Shown: in pieces, positions 38,098-46,343 of the stretch | Layout: every line of letters starts with the position of its first letter | Position numbering within the stretch: position 1 is the first letter of the stretch | Origin: a virus | Direction: 5' to 3' (one strand) | IMG/VR virus record: IMGVR_UViG_3300037071_003688 | Length of the DNA: 64,000 nucleotides | Notes under the pieces: generated by a model | The model's database searches: none | Told to the model about the DNA's origin: nothing | Seen by the model: only the letters and a program-made list of their open reading frames with translations | Made by a program: the position numbers and the translations under genes

Positions 38098-39314
38098 GCG
38101 CCGATCACCCGGAACTCCGGACAGGGCACGATGAACTGACCGCCACCTTCGAGGTAGGCGCGCTCGCGCTTCACGAACTCGGAGATGAAGTGCCACGGCA
38201 GCACGAGCAGGTAGTCGGGGTTGGCGGCGCGCATCTCGTCCTCCGAGACGATCGGGATGTTCGTGCCGACCGTGCGCAGCCCGAACTTGTACTGCGACCG
38301 TTCGGCGATGCCGTCGATCATCGTGTGGTCGAGACCGAAGTATTGGAGCAACGTGTTGCCCTTGGTCGACGCCCCGTACGCCCACACCGACTTGCCGCGG
38401 GCGCGCTCCTGCGCAATGAAGCTGACGACGGTCGCCTTGAGCGACTCGATCTTGTCGCGGAACGCGAACCACACCTCGGGCGAGTTGAGATCGTGTACGA
38501 ACTCCATCGCTTCGAGCGCCGCGATCCGCATGTGGCACACGTCGCGGTGCGGCTGCGTCGCGAACATCGTCGGGTCGCCGCCGTGCTTCATCGCGTACAC
38601 CCGGAACGAGCCACCATTGACGTCGTTCAACTGGACATCCACGATCCGCAGCCCAGCGGACCGGAACAAGGCGTCGATCGTCGCCAACGTGTAGTAGTGG
38701 ATGTGCTCGTGGCAGATGTTGTCGAACGCGACCTGGCGCAGCATCAACGGTGTGTACGACATCTGGACGACGAACAGACCATCGTCACGCATGAGATCCA
38801 CGACGTCGCGCAGGAACGGCATCGGATCTTCGAGGTCGTAGAACATGGCGATGCACGTCACGACCTTGGCGCGCAGGTTCCCGAGTTCGGAGTTCTTCCA
38901 CCCGCTGTAGCTGAACGGCTCCTGCAAGATCAGATCGGCGTGGCGGCGCGACTCGACCGCGAACGTGTCATCGGCCGGGTCGATCCCGGCGCGCACCATC
39001 GACTCGGGCACGTGGGCGAGCAGCGTCCCGTCGTTGCAGGCGATGTCGACCCACAGATCACCGCGCTCGATCGGCATCGCGTCGGTGATCGACGTGACGA
39101 TCCCAGCCAACTCGTTGGTCATCGTCGCGTTCGTACCGGACCGGTACCAGTAGCGGCCGTACATGAACTCGGCGTCCGCCGACTCGGAGAGATGGACGCG
39201 CCGCGTCGACTCATCGAACACGAGCTTCAACTCGACCGGCTCGGCCCGCGGTTCCTCGTCCGGGCGAAGGAAGTCCGACACGTACAACCGACCGAGCGAG
39301 AACAGATCCGTCAT
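38094..39314 (-). CDS. NDP-sugar C-methyltransferase
   Basis: Y.YRSG..DIACNDGTLL..FD.ICHEH..YGASTKGNTLL..PWHF. Confidence 0.9.
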   Translation of the reverse strand: MTDLFSLGRLYVSDFLRPDEEPRAEPVELKLVFDESTRRVHLSESADAEFMYGRYWYRSGTNATMTNELAGIVTSITDAMPIERGDLWVDIACNDGTLLAHVPESMVRAGIDPADDTFAVESRRHADLILQEPFSYSGWKNSELGNLRAKVVTCIAMFYDLEDPMPFLRDVVDLMRDDGLFVVQMSYTPLMLRQVAFDNICHEHIHYYTLATIDALFRSAGLRIVDVQLNDVNGGSFRVYAMKHGGDPTMFATQPHRDVCHMRIAALEAMEFVHDLNSPEVWFAFRDKIESLKATVVSFIAQERARGKSVWAYGASTKGNTLLQYFGLDHTMIDGIAERSQYKFGLRTVGTNIPIVSEDEMRAANPDYLLVLPWHFISEFVKRERAYLEGGGQFIVPCPEFRVIGA

Positions 39315-39358
39315 GACATCAACGTAGTTCTGGCCTGCTCCACCATCGAGGAATACCT

Positions 39359-39398
39359 GTGAAATGTGTTGACAAACCCTGGACGTTCTGCGCATAAT
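39359..39398 (+). promoter_or_regulatory. repeated sigma-70-like promoter driving the ncRNA/tRNA array
   Basis: TTGACA(39369)-N18-CATAAT. Confidence 0.85.
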
Positions 39399-39441
39399 AC
39401 TGGTGGAAGGAGAAGGGAGTTGGGGTTCTTCTCCTCCGAGA

Positions 39442-39603
39442 GTTCCTGTGCTGTCAGCGTCGTCTCAACCCGGCGCCGAGCAGACTCACGGTCCGTGCAC
39501 GGAGCGTGAGAGAAGGTCCGTGGCCCACGGCACCTGGTGGCCACCAGGGTGGGTACGACCGGTTAGCGGTTCGAGTCCGCTACGGCGCTGAGAGCACAGG
39601 AAC
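39442..39603 (+). ncRNA. tRNA-like structured RNA with no recognisable anticodon arm
   Basis: about 22-bp terminal stem, D-like arm, two long hairpins, T-arm AGCGG-TTCGAGT-CCGCT. Confidence 0.65.
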
Positions 39604-39611
39604 CGCCCAAT

Positions 39612-39684
39612 GATGCTGTAGCTCAGTGGAAAGAGCACCGGCTTGCGAAGCCGGTTGTCGCAGGTTCGAGTCCTGCCAGCGTCA
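39612..39684 (+). tRNA. tRNA-Arg(GCG)
   Basis: cloverleaf, anticodon arm CCGGC-TTGCGAA-GCCGG. Confidence 0.85.
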
Positions 39685-39687
39685 CTA

Positions 39688-39824
39688 CTCCACCGCAAAG
39701 GTTGGCTTAGAAGCAGCCATCCTCTAAGGAGTGACACCCGAGTCCGGACGGTCCGGTGGGAGCCAGGGAACTGGTGAGGAACCTATAGAGCCTCGTCTTA
39801 GGCGTAACAGCACATGCGGTGGGG
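39688..39824 (+). ncRNA. 23S rRNA H43/H44 (L11-binding, GTPase-associated centre) mimic with an insertion
   Basis: GGTTGGCTTAGAAGCAGCCATCCTCTAAGGAGT...GCGTAACAGCAC closed by a 10-bp stem. Confidence 0.8.
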
Positions 39825-39827
39825 CGA

Positions 39828-39900
39828 CCGAATGTGGCGCAGTTGGTAGCGCACCTGGTTTGGGACCAGGGGGTCGGGAGTTCGAGCCTCTCCATTCGGA
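39828..39900 (+). tRNA. tRNA-Pro(TGG)
   Basis: cloverleaf, CCTGG-TTTGGGA-CCAGG. Confidence 0.9.
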
Positions 39901-39977
39901 CGAGCAGTTCGGCGAGACTTGAATGACCCGCTGAAAACCCGGGGTGCGGCCCGGGCGTCGAACTGCCAGAATGAACT

Positions 39978-40050
39978 GATGGTGTAGCTCAGTGGATAGA
40001 GCACCAGCTTCCGAAGCTGGGTGTCGCAGGTTCGAGTCCTGTCACCGTCG
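39978..40050 (+). tRNA. tRNA-Arg(CCG)
   Basis: cloverleaf, CCAGC-TTCCGAA-GCTGG. Confidence 0.9.
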
Positions 40051-40118
40051 CCCAAGGCCCAGGCCCGAGTCACCAGCCTGGGACCGTCGCCGGAACGCGT
40101 GGCGGCGGGACAGAAAAT

Positions 40119-40191
40119 GGGGATGAAGCTCAGAGGGTAGAGCAACTGCTTCGCACGCAGAAGGTTGCGGGTTCGACTCCCGTCCTCTCCA
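40119..40191 (+). tRNA. tRNA-Ala(CGC)
   Basis: cloverleaf, loop TTCGCAC, G3:U70 pair. Confidence 0.85.
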
Positions 40192-40192
40192 C

Positions 40193-40264
40193 GCCGCCGT
40201 AACTCAACGGCAGAGTACCGGCCCGTCAAGCCGGAAGTCGCGGGGTCAGCACCCGCCGGTGGCG
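40193..40264 (+). tRNA. tRNA-Asp(GTC), non-canonical
   Basis: CCGGC-CCGTCAA-GCCGG (C33), T-loop GTCAGCA. Confidence 0.7.
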
Positions 40265-40273
40265 CTCAACATA

Positions 40274-40344
40274 GGGAACGTCGTCCAGTGGTAGGGCGCC
40301 TGATTCCAGTCCAGGCTACGAGGGTTCGATTCCTTCCGGTCCCG
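40274..40344 (+). tRNA. tRNA-Trp(CCA)
   Basis: cloverleaf, loop TTCCAGT. Confidence 0.75.
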
Positions 40345-40374
40345 CTCAAACCGCCACGAGAGGAGGAAACCACC

Positions 40375-40512
40375 ATGCTGCGTCCGCGTTACGACCTGGA
40401 CCCCGACGCGATGACGGACAACGAGCGGCGCGCCAAGCGGCGCTTCGACGCCTACTTCGTCTTCGAGACGATGCCGTGGCCACCGGCGGACCTCCCCGCA
40501 GATCCGGACTAG
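40375..40512 (+). CDS. small hypothetical protein
   Basis: GAGGAAACCACC-ATG. Confidence 0.55.
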   Translation: MLRPRYDLDPDAMTDNERRAKRRFDAYFVFETMPWPPADLPADPD

Positions 40513-40516
40513 GGAC

Positions 40517-40556
40517 GTCAACAGTCTTGACAAACCCTAGTCCGTCTGCGCATAAT
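40517..40556 (+). promoter_or_regulatory. repeated sigma-70-like promoter
   Basis: GTCAA-N5-TTGACA-N18-CATAAT. Confidence 0.85.
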
Positions 40557-40562
40557 GAAGAC

Positions 40563-40802
40563 GTGAGAGAGGGTCCCACCACCTGCGGCAAGATCAAGAA
40601 TGTCCGGGTCAGCCGGGGCGTCCTCGGCAAGGGCAAAGAGTCGTTCACGACCCGCCCTGTCATCTGCGGCGCCAACGTCGCGCCCGGATCGGACCTGTGC
40701 CCGATGCACCTGGCGAACGCCAAGCGTTGGGAGGCCAAGCTGGCCGCGAAGAAAGCGTGGCTGGCCGCGAACCCCACCGCCACGAAAGCGAGGAACAAGT
40801 GA
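40563..40802 (+). CDS. small basic hypothetical protein (leaderless GTG)
   Basis: start 6 nt after the -10 box; C...C...C..H. Confidence 0.6.
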   Translation: MREGPTTCGKIKNVRVSRGVLGKGKESFTTRPVICGANVAPGSDLCPMHLANAKRWEAKLAAKKAWLAANPTATKARNK

Positions 40803-40951
40803 TCGCCACCGCCAACCACCCACCCATCAGCCTCGACGCCTCGAACATCACGATCCGTCTGGGCGATCGGCGCCTGCCGCCGTTCAGCGAGTTCCCGGCC
40901 TGGGCGGCGCTGACCGAGTACCTGGCAATGATCCTCGGACCCATCGAACCT

Positions 40952-40991
40952 GGCAAGTGACTTGACAACCCTAGTCACGATGACCTAAGAT
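40952..40991 (+). promoter_or_regulatory. repeated sigma-70-like promoter
   Basis: GGCAA-N5-TTGACA-N18-TAAGAT. Confidence 0.8.
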
Positions 40992-41035
40992 TCTCTTGTG
41001 AGGGAAGGACCCTCACGGAAAGGAAACCACCACTC

Positions 41036-41245
41036 ATGGCCTACGCCGACAGGAACTTCAAGACGAAGAAAGCCTTGAAAGAGGCCGTAGCCGCGGGCGA
41101 GAAGGTCGGGATCTTCAACCCCGGCCTGGGAGTCGCCCCCGAGAACGGGACGGCCAGCCTCGAAGGTCCCCACTTCCCGGCCGCTCACACCTGGTACGCC
41201 AGGGTGGCCGTCGTCAACGGGGTGATCACGAAGGTCATCAGCTAG
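41036..41245 (+). CDS. small phage protein
   Basis: NFKTKKALKEAV..G...EGPH.P..H.WYA; RBS motif. Confidence 0.8.
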   Translation: MAYADRNFKTKKALKEAVAAGEKVGIFNPGLGVAPENGTASLEGPHFPAAHTWYARVAVVNGVITKVIS

Positions 41246-41251
41246 CCGGAA

Positions 41252-41267
41252 CGTTTCACGTGAAACG
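41252..41267. other. parS-like palindrome
   Basis: CGTTTCACGTGAAACG, intergenic; the core matches the bacterial chromosomal parS consensus GTTTCACGTGAAAC. Confidence 0.75.
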
Positions 41268-41430
41268 TCCGAGAGAGGAGAAACCACCACGACAGAACCC
41301 ATGAGCCAGCTTCCCGGCCGGGTACCACAACCCGACAACTACGTCGCCGGGAGGCTGCCCGGGGAGTCGTGAGCCGCCCACCCACTGGCTCCGACTCCCC
41401 GTTCAGCCAGACGAAAGGAAACCACCACCG

Positions 41431-41640
41431 ATGACCCGATGGACACGAGTGACCGACCCCGGTGGTCGGGTGATCGGCTACAAGAGCGAGGTAGGAGCCG
41501 TGGACAAGAACCCGCACGGCGACGGCCTTTGGTTCCTGTCGCCCGCCGGTGACCACGGACGAACCGCCCACCTCACGCTCACCGCCGCCAAGGCCCGCGC
41601 CGAGGCGCTCGCCCGAATGAGAAAGGAAACCACCCCATGA
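41431..41640 (+). CDS. small hypothetical protein
   Basis: GAAAGGAAACCACC RBS. Confidence 0.65.
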   Translation: MTRWTRVTDPGGRVIGYKSEVGAVDKNPHGDGLWFLSPAGDHGRTAHLTLTAAKARAEALARMRKETTP

Positions 41641-41789
41641 CCGACTTCGAGAAGTTCCTCAAGGAACACGTGATGGTCATCCCGGTCGGCTTCACCCGGA
41701 AGTGTCGCGAGTGCGGCCGGGTGTTCGACCTGTGCGACCCGACCGACGCCGACGAGTTCACCAACGGCCACGACTGCGAGGCCAACTGA
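41637..41789 (+). CDS. small zinc-binding protein (50 aa, not in the ORF track)
   Basis: RBS motif; CRECGRVFDL...GHDCE. Confidence 0.65.
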   Translation: MTDFEKFLKEHVMVIPVGFTRKCRECGRVFDLCDPTDADEFTNGHDCEAN

Positions 41790-42052
41790 TGAGCCGCTAC
41801 AAGGTCCACGGCGACTGGACAGTCGACGGCGAACTCGGCCCACGCGACATGTTCTTCGTGATGTTCGCTGATGCGCTCGACACGAAGACCGGCGACGTGT
41901 TCCGAGCCGGTGCCTACCGAGTTGTCGACGCCTACGGCAAGCCCGCCGTCAAGGGCAAGGGCGGCACCGTCCCGTTCTACGGCGAGTCGGCCTGGTCAAA
42001 CGCCGCACGGCTGGCCGAGGATCTCACCTTCGCCGCCCGCCGAGCGTCGTGA
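41789..42052 (+). CDS. hypothetical protein
   Basis: coupled ORF. Confidence 0.65.
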   Translation: MSRYKVHGDWTVDGELGPRDMFFVMFADALDTKTGDVFRAGAYRVVDAYGKPAVKGKGGTVPFYGESAWSNAARLAEDLTFAARRAS

Positions 42053-42088
42053 ATACTCTTGACAACCTTAGTCCGGATGGGAGATAAT
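42049..42088 (+). promoter_or_regulatory. repeated sigma-70-like promoter
   Basis: TTGACA(42059)-N18-GATAAT. Confidence 0.8.
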
Positions 42089-42118
42089 CAAGACGTGAGA
42101 AAGGAAACCACCACCACC

Positions 42119-42289
42119 ATGACCCACACTTACGAAGTCAGCCACCCGAACCTGTCGCATCCGCTGGTGATGGACTCCGAGGTCGAACGGACCCCGCGAG
42201 CACTCGCCGCCTGGGCGTCGATGTACATCCTGCGGGAGTTCGATGAGATGCTCCCCCTTGACGAGTTCACGGTCACGGAGGTGACGTGA
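42119..42289 (+). CDS. small hypothetical protein
   Basis: RBS motif. Confidence 0.6.
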   Translation: MTHTYEVSHPNLSHPLVMDSEVERTPRALAAWASMYILREFDEMLPLDEFTVTEVT

Positions 42290-42525
42290 TGTCAGATCCC
42301 ACCGAAGCCGCACGACGGGAGTTGATCCCGACCATGCCCGCCGAGGCGCTCGCCGCGGCCGAGCGCGGTGAGCCGGTCTGGACGACCGACGAGATGACCG
42401 CCGAGTTCGAGGCGATCGGATTCCTCGCCCCGTTCGTGATGGTCCGGCGCCGGTCCGATGGCGTCAAGGGCACGCTGATGTTCAGCGGTCGCCCCCGCTT
42501 CTACTTCGGATTCGCCGAGGCATGA
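42286..42525 (+). CDS. small phage protein
   Basis: W.T.E...F...GF.AP.V.VRR.SDGVKG.L.F...PR.YF. Confidence 0.75.
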   Translation: MMSDPTEAARRELIPTMPAEALAAAERGEPVWTTDEMTAEFEAIGFLAPFVMVRRRSDGVKGTLMFSGRPRFYFGFAEA

Positions 42526-42719
42526 GCATGAACGCCACCGTCACGGTCACCTACGACGGAGAGTCGGTCACCTTCGAGTTGGAGGGGGCCGAACTGTCCG
42601 AGATCCATCTGAGCGACACGCTCACCAACCGCTACCTCAACAACGCCAGCCGCAGCGTCATCGCCGACGAGGTCGAGAAGGCGCTGCTTCACCTCGCCCA
42701 CGGAAAGGCACTCTCGTGA
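42522..42719 (+). CDS. small hypothetical protein
   Basis: coupled ORF. Confidence 0.6.
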   Translation: MSMNATVTVTYDGESVTFELEGAELSEIHLSDTLTNRYLNNASRSVIADEVEKALLHLAHGKALS

Positions 42720-42973
42720 CCGGCACCTTCAACACGCCGCTCGGCAAGATCCGCGTCGCCTCGATGCGACGCTTCATCCTGCTGCGCCGCTACACCGACA
42801 AGCCGGTCATCGTCAAGCGGTCCGACAGCATGGAGACTCTGCTGCGGCTGCGCCGCACCGGCGACTTCATCCTCGACACGGCGTGCCTGTGCGACCGTCG
42901 CCCCGGCGACTTCATCGTCAACCCCAGGTGCGCCAAGCACGGCGCCCACGAGTACCACGGAGCACCAACATGA
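42716..42973 (+). CDS. small hypothetical protein
   Basis: coupled ORF. Confidence 0.6.
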   Translation: MTGTFNTPLGKIRVASMRRFILLRRYTDKPVIVKRSDSMETLLRLRRTGDFILDTACLCDRRPGDFIVNPRCAKHGAHEYHGAPT

Positions 42974-43227
42974 AACTGACCAACGGGGCGACCGTTCTGC
43001 GCGCTGCCATCAACTACGAGGGCGAGACGGCCACAGCGGTCGTGCTCGCGACGTGGAACGCTCACGAGTTCGTCACCTGGGACGCCTACCTGCGTCCAGG
43101 CGAGACCGAGTGGGACGCCGAGGTCGGCCACTACTTCAACGCCCACGAGCCGTTCAGCGAGGCCACCATCGCCGCCGCCAAGGACGCCGCGATCGGCGAC
43201 TTCCGCGCAAGGATCGGAGCACGATGA
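42970..43227 (+). CDS. small hypothetical protein
   Basis: coupled ORF; FVTW..GHYF motif. Confidence 0.7.
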   Translation: MKLTNGATVLRAAINYEGETATAVVLATWNAHEFVTWDAYLRPGETEWDAEVGHYFNAHEPFSEATIAAAKDAAIGDFRARIGAR

Positions 43228-43418
43228 ACACGAAGCACACAGGCGACCACCGCCACCGCACTGAGGTCCACTTTGAGCGGATGCCCGGCCTGGCGTTCGC
43301 CAAGACCACCGCCTACTTCGCGACCTGCGACTGCGGCTGGGTCGGACGCGAGATGGTCTCGCGCCGCGACGCCGAGAGCGACGCCAACGAGCACGCCTGC
43401 GCGATGGCGGGCGAATGA
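43224..43418 (+). CDS. small zinc-binding protein
   Basis: CDCGW...H. Confidence 0.6.
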   Translation: MNTKHTGDHRHRTEVHFERMPGLAFAKTTAYFATCDCGWVGREMVSRRDAESDANEHACAMAGE

Positions 43419-43690
43419 TGTTCGTCTGGGACGAGTACGCCGGGTGGATCGAGATGTCGTGCCCCGAGCACAACCTCGATTGGGCGTGGTCCGCGGGCAC
43501 GCCGTTCTGCCCCGTCTGCCGGTACGTCCCCGAGGGCGCCCGACCCGCCACGAGCGAGCCGAGCATCACCTGCCCGGTGTGCGCCATGACCTCGTACAAC
43601 CCGAACGATATTCGGGAGGGCTACTGCGGCAACTGCCACGAGTTCACCGGCGTAAAGACTCTTGACAACCCTGGTCCGGATGGGAGATAA
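43415..43690 (+). CDS. small Cys-rich protein
   Basis: CPVC..TSYNPND..GYCGNCH. Confidence 0.65.
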   Translation: MMFVWDEYAGWIEMSCPEHNLDWAWSAGTPFCPVCRYVPEGARPATSEPSITCPVCAMTSYNPNDIREGYCGNCHEFTGVKTLDNPGPDGR

Positions 43691-43691
43691 T
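43652..43691 (+). promoter_or_regulatory. repeated sigma-70-like promoter
   Basis: TTGACA(43662)-N18-GATAAT; ATG at 43698. Confidence 0.8.
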
Positions 43692-43697
43692 CAAGGT

Positions 43698-44048
43698 ATG
43701 GAAACCACCACCGCAACGCCCACCACTCACGACATCGTCGTCGGCGACATCTTCGAGTATTCGTGGGGCTACGACCAAACGAACGTCGACTACTTCGAGG
43801 TCGTCGCCACCACCGCGAAGACCGTGAAGATCCGCAAGATCGGCGCCCACTCGGTGCCCGGCTCGGAAGGCTTCATGAGCGACAAGTGCGTGCCGGTCCC
43901 CGGCAAGTTCGTGTCCGAGACAATCCTCACGAAGCGCCCGTACCTGTCGACCTGGCGCGGCGAGAACATCTGGATGCTCTCGTTCGACTTCGGCTGCGGC
44001 GAGCGCATCGCCCCGACCGAGGCGACACGCCGGTCGTGGTACGCATGA
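43698..44048 (+). CDS. phage hypothetical protein
   Basis: VGDIF..SWGYDQTNVD.F.VV motif. Confidence 0.8.
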   Translation: METTTATPTTHDIVVGDIFEYSWGYDQTNVDYFEVVATTAKTVKIRKIGAHSVPGSEGFMSDKCVPVPGKFVSETILTKRPYLSTWRGENIWMLSFDFGCGERIAPTEATRRSWYA

Positions 44049-44227
44049 AGGTTCGGGTCGCGTTCACGGTCGACGTCGATGACGAGATCCGCGCCTCGAT
44101 CAGCGAGTGGTACGGCCGCACCGGGCTGGCCACTCGCGACGAGGTGCGGCGTTGGTACGAGTCGAACGGTTCCTCGATGGACGCCGACCTGAGCGAGATG
44201 GCGGGACGCCGTGAAGATCGGGATTGA
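44045..44227 (+). CDS. small hypothetical protein
   Basis: coupled ORF. Confidence 0.6.
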   Translation: MKVRVAFTVDVDDEIRASISEWYGRTGLATRDEVRRWYESNGSSMDADLSEMAGRREDRD

Positions 44228-44467
44228 CGACTCGACGCCGTGTGCGCACTGCGGGACATCGGCTCTCGAATGCGGCCGTCGCTTCCGGGAAACCACTCCG
44301 AACGAATGGTGCTGCGCGACGTGCCGGGAACAGGGCGCTCTGTGGGCGCACAGCGAAACCGTCGACGCGGCTGTCACACCCGAGTGATACCATCGGTGTC
44401 GTGACCCGATTGCTACGACTCCGAGAGCGACTCGAACGCTGACCGCGAGGTCGACGCGTTCGTCCCT

Positions 44468-44544
44468 AGCGACGTAGCCCAATCCACGGCAGAGGCACCG
44501 GTTTCAGGAACCGGCCAGTGCGGGTTCGATCCCCGTCGTCGCTA
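44468..44544 (+). tRNA. tRNA-Leu(CAG)
   Basis: CCGGT-TTCAGGA-ACCGG, short variable loop. Confidence 0.85.
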
Positions 44545-44550
44545 CTCAAT

Positions 44551-44628
44551 CCCGAGATAGTCCAATCTGGCAGAGACATCGGTCTGAGGGGCCGACCAGT
44601 GCGGGTTCGACCCCCGCTCTCGGGACCA
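44551..44628 (+). tRNA. tRNA-Leu(GAG)
   Basis: TCGGT-CTGAGGG-GCCGA, encoded CCA. Confidence 0.85.
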
Positions 44629-44629
44629 A

Positions 44630-44702
44630 GCCGAGGTAGCACAACGGCAGATGCAGCGCACTCAAAATGCGTCCAGTGCAGGTTCGACTCCTGTCCTCGG
44701 TA
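44630..44702 (+). tRNA. tRNA-Leu(CAA)
   Basis: GCGCA-CTCAAAA-TGCGT. Confidence 0.85.
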
Positions 44703-44713
44703 CTCACAATCAA

Positions 44714-44784
44714 GCCGCCATCGTCTAACGGCAGGACACCAGGTTCTCAACCTGACAATGCGGGATCGTCCCCCGCTGGCGGTA
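44714..44784 (+). tRNA. tRNA-Glu(CTC)
   Basis: loop TTCTCAA; atypical T-loop ATCGTCC. Confidence 0.75.
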
Positions 44785-44790
44785 CTACAA

Positions 44791-44866
44791 GGCGCGTTGG
44801 TCGAGAGGTACGGACGCCTGGCTTTCAACCAGGAGATCGCGGGTTCGATCCCCGCACGCGCTACCA
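44791..44866 (+). tRNA. tRNA-Glu(TTC)
   Basis: CCTGG-CTTTCAA-CCAGG, encoded CCA. Confidence 0.9.
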
Positions 44867-44867
44867 A

Positions 44868-44944
44868 GGTGATGTAGCTCAGTGGATTAGAGCAGCGGTC
44901 TACGGAACCGCGTGTCGCAGGTTCGAGTCCTGCCATCGCCACCA
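44868..44944 (+). tRNA. tRNA-Arg(ACG)
   Basis: GCGGT-CTACGGA-ACCGC, encoded CCA. Confidence 0.92.
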
Positions 44945-44974
44945 GACTGTGGACGCCGGGTCTACGATCCCGGC

Positions 44975-45181
44975 ATGGAACTGCACGTCAAGAAAGACCA
45001 TGCCGGTGAGGTCCGCTGGACCGCGATCGCTGACGGGAACTACAAGAAACTCGGCGACAGCGGCGAGGGCTACCACCATCAGCAGGACGCGCTCGCCGGG
45101 TTCGCGCTGATCCGCGGCTGCACCGTCGAGGAACTGCTTGACGGCTCGGCCGGTGTCAAGGTCGTGTTCGACGTCGACTAG
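44975..45181 (+). CDS. DUF1508/YegP-like small protein
   Basis: KD.AGE.RW...A.N....DSGEGY....DA. Confidence 0.75.
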   Translation: MELHVKKDHAGEVRWTAIADGNYKKLGDSGEGYHHQQDALAGFALIRGCTVEELLDGSAGVKVVFDVD

Positions 45182-45900
45182 CCGTTGCCGGGTCGGCAGT
45201 TCCCGCGGCTCGCCTGGCAGTACGCCTGGACGGCGGCGATCAACTGCGCCTGCGTCGGCCCGGGTCCGGGTGGACCCTGAGCACCGGGCGGACCCGCCGG
45301 ACCGGCGGGACCCTGCGGACCTTCCGGCCCCTGCGGACCGACAGGACCGACACAGTTGAACGTCGAGCAGTACAGCGTCACTGCCGCCAGTAGCTCCTCC
45401 TGCGTCGGTGATGGCCCCGCTGGCCCCTCCGGACCCGCTGGCCCTGGCGGTCCCGTAGCGCCCGTCTCACCGGCCTCTCCGGTCCCTGGCGGGCCACTCG
45501 GTCCAGGAGGGCCACTCGGCCCGGGCGGTCCGCTCACGCCTGGCGCGCCGGTGTCACCAGGGGCGCCGGGCGACCCAGGTTCACCTACGCCCGGTGCGCC
45601 TGGTTCTCCTGGCGCGCCGGGTACGCCCTGCTCGCCCTGCTCGCCCTGGATGGTCTGGATGTCGACTTGATCGCCGACTCCGGCGTTATCGAGAACGGCC
45701 TCGGGCGACGGGATCGACAACGTCGGGTACTTGGCCTGCAACTCATCGAGCGCCCCGGCGAGCGCGGCGGCGCCGCTCTCGACCGTGGAGATCCGGTCGT
45801 CCTGCTTGTCGTCGTTGCGGGCGTTCGCCACGAGCGTCACACCGAGCCACCCGACGATCACGGCCGCGGCTCCGACCACCAATCCCTCCCGCTTACTCAT
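45178..45900 (-). CDS. membrane-anchored collagen-like (Gly-X-Y) protein
   Basis: N-terminal transmembrane helix, long GxP triplet runs, two repeats of PT..(E/Q)L.AAV..YC....C. Confidence 0.85.
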   Translation of the reverse strand: MSKREGLVVGAAAVIVGWLGVTLVANARNDDKQDDRISTVESGAAALAGALDELQAKYPTLSIPSPEAVLDNAGVGDQVDIQTIQGEQGEQGVPGAPGEPGAPGVGEPGSPGAPGDTGAPGVSGPPGPSGPPGPSGPPGTGEAGETGATGPPGPAGPEGPAGPSPTQEELLAAVTLYCSTFNCVGPVGPQGPEGPQGPAGPAGPPGAQGPPGPGPTQAQLIAAVQAYCQASRGNCRPGNG

Positions 45901-46181
45901 GCTGCCCCTCCGGTCTTCGACGCGCGTAGTTCGGCCTCTTGCTCGGCGACTCGTTCGCGGAGATGTCGGATGTGGGCGTCCTTGTCGGCCACGGCATCAA
46001 TCATCGCTTGTCGATGAGCGGTGTCCTTGGCGGCCATCGCGTCGCGATGCTCGATGATCATGTCTTTACGTTCGCGCTCACGGTCGCGGGAGTTCGTGAT
46101 CCACGTCTTCAACAGGAACGCGAGCATCGCCGCCGCGCCCGTGAGCGGCACGTACTCCTGGAACTCCGCCGGGGCAGGCAC
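45897..46181 (-). CDS. small single-TM coiled-coil protein (possible lysis-associated protein)
   Basis: hydrophobic N-terminus plus coiled coil; coupled to the collagen-like gene. Confidence 0.6.
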   Translation of the reverse strand: MPAPAEFQEYVPLTGAAAMLAFLLKTWITNSRDRERERKDMIIEHRDAMAAKDTAHRQAMIDAVADKDAHIRHLRERVAEQEAELRASKTGGAA

Positions 46182-46343
46182 ACCGCGAAAGTACCTGTCA
46201 AATGTGCGCCGTCAGCGCGATGCCGATCACACGCAGCGATAAACCCTGTGGCAACCATGGACCGGGGTCTGCTACGCTCTCAACCGTGCTCACGCGCCGA
46301 CCGCAACCCTGAACCCCCGGCCCTCATCGGGCTGGGACGCGTA

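Noticed and set aside
39442-39603. tmRNA or tRNA-Sec
   Set aside because: Too short for tmRNA with no tag reading frame seen; no TCA anticodon loop.
39688-39824. A true rRNA gene or host contamination
   Set aside because: Only about 55 nt match 23S, they are interrupted by an insert, and the flanks are phage tRNAs.
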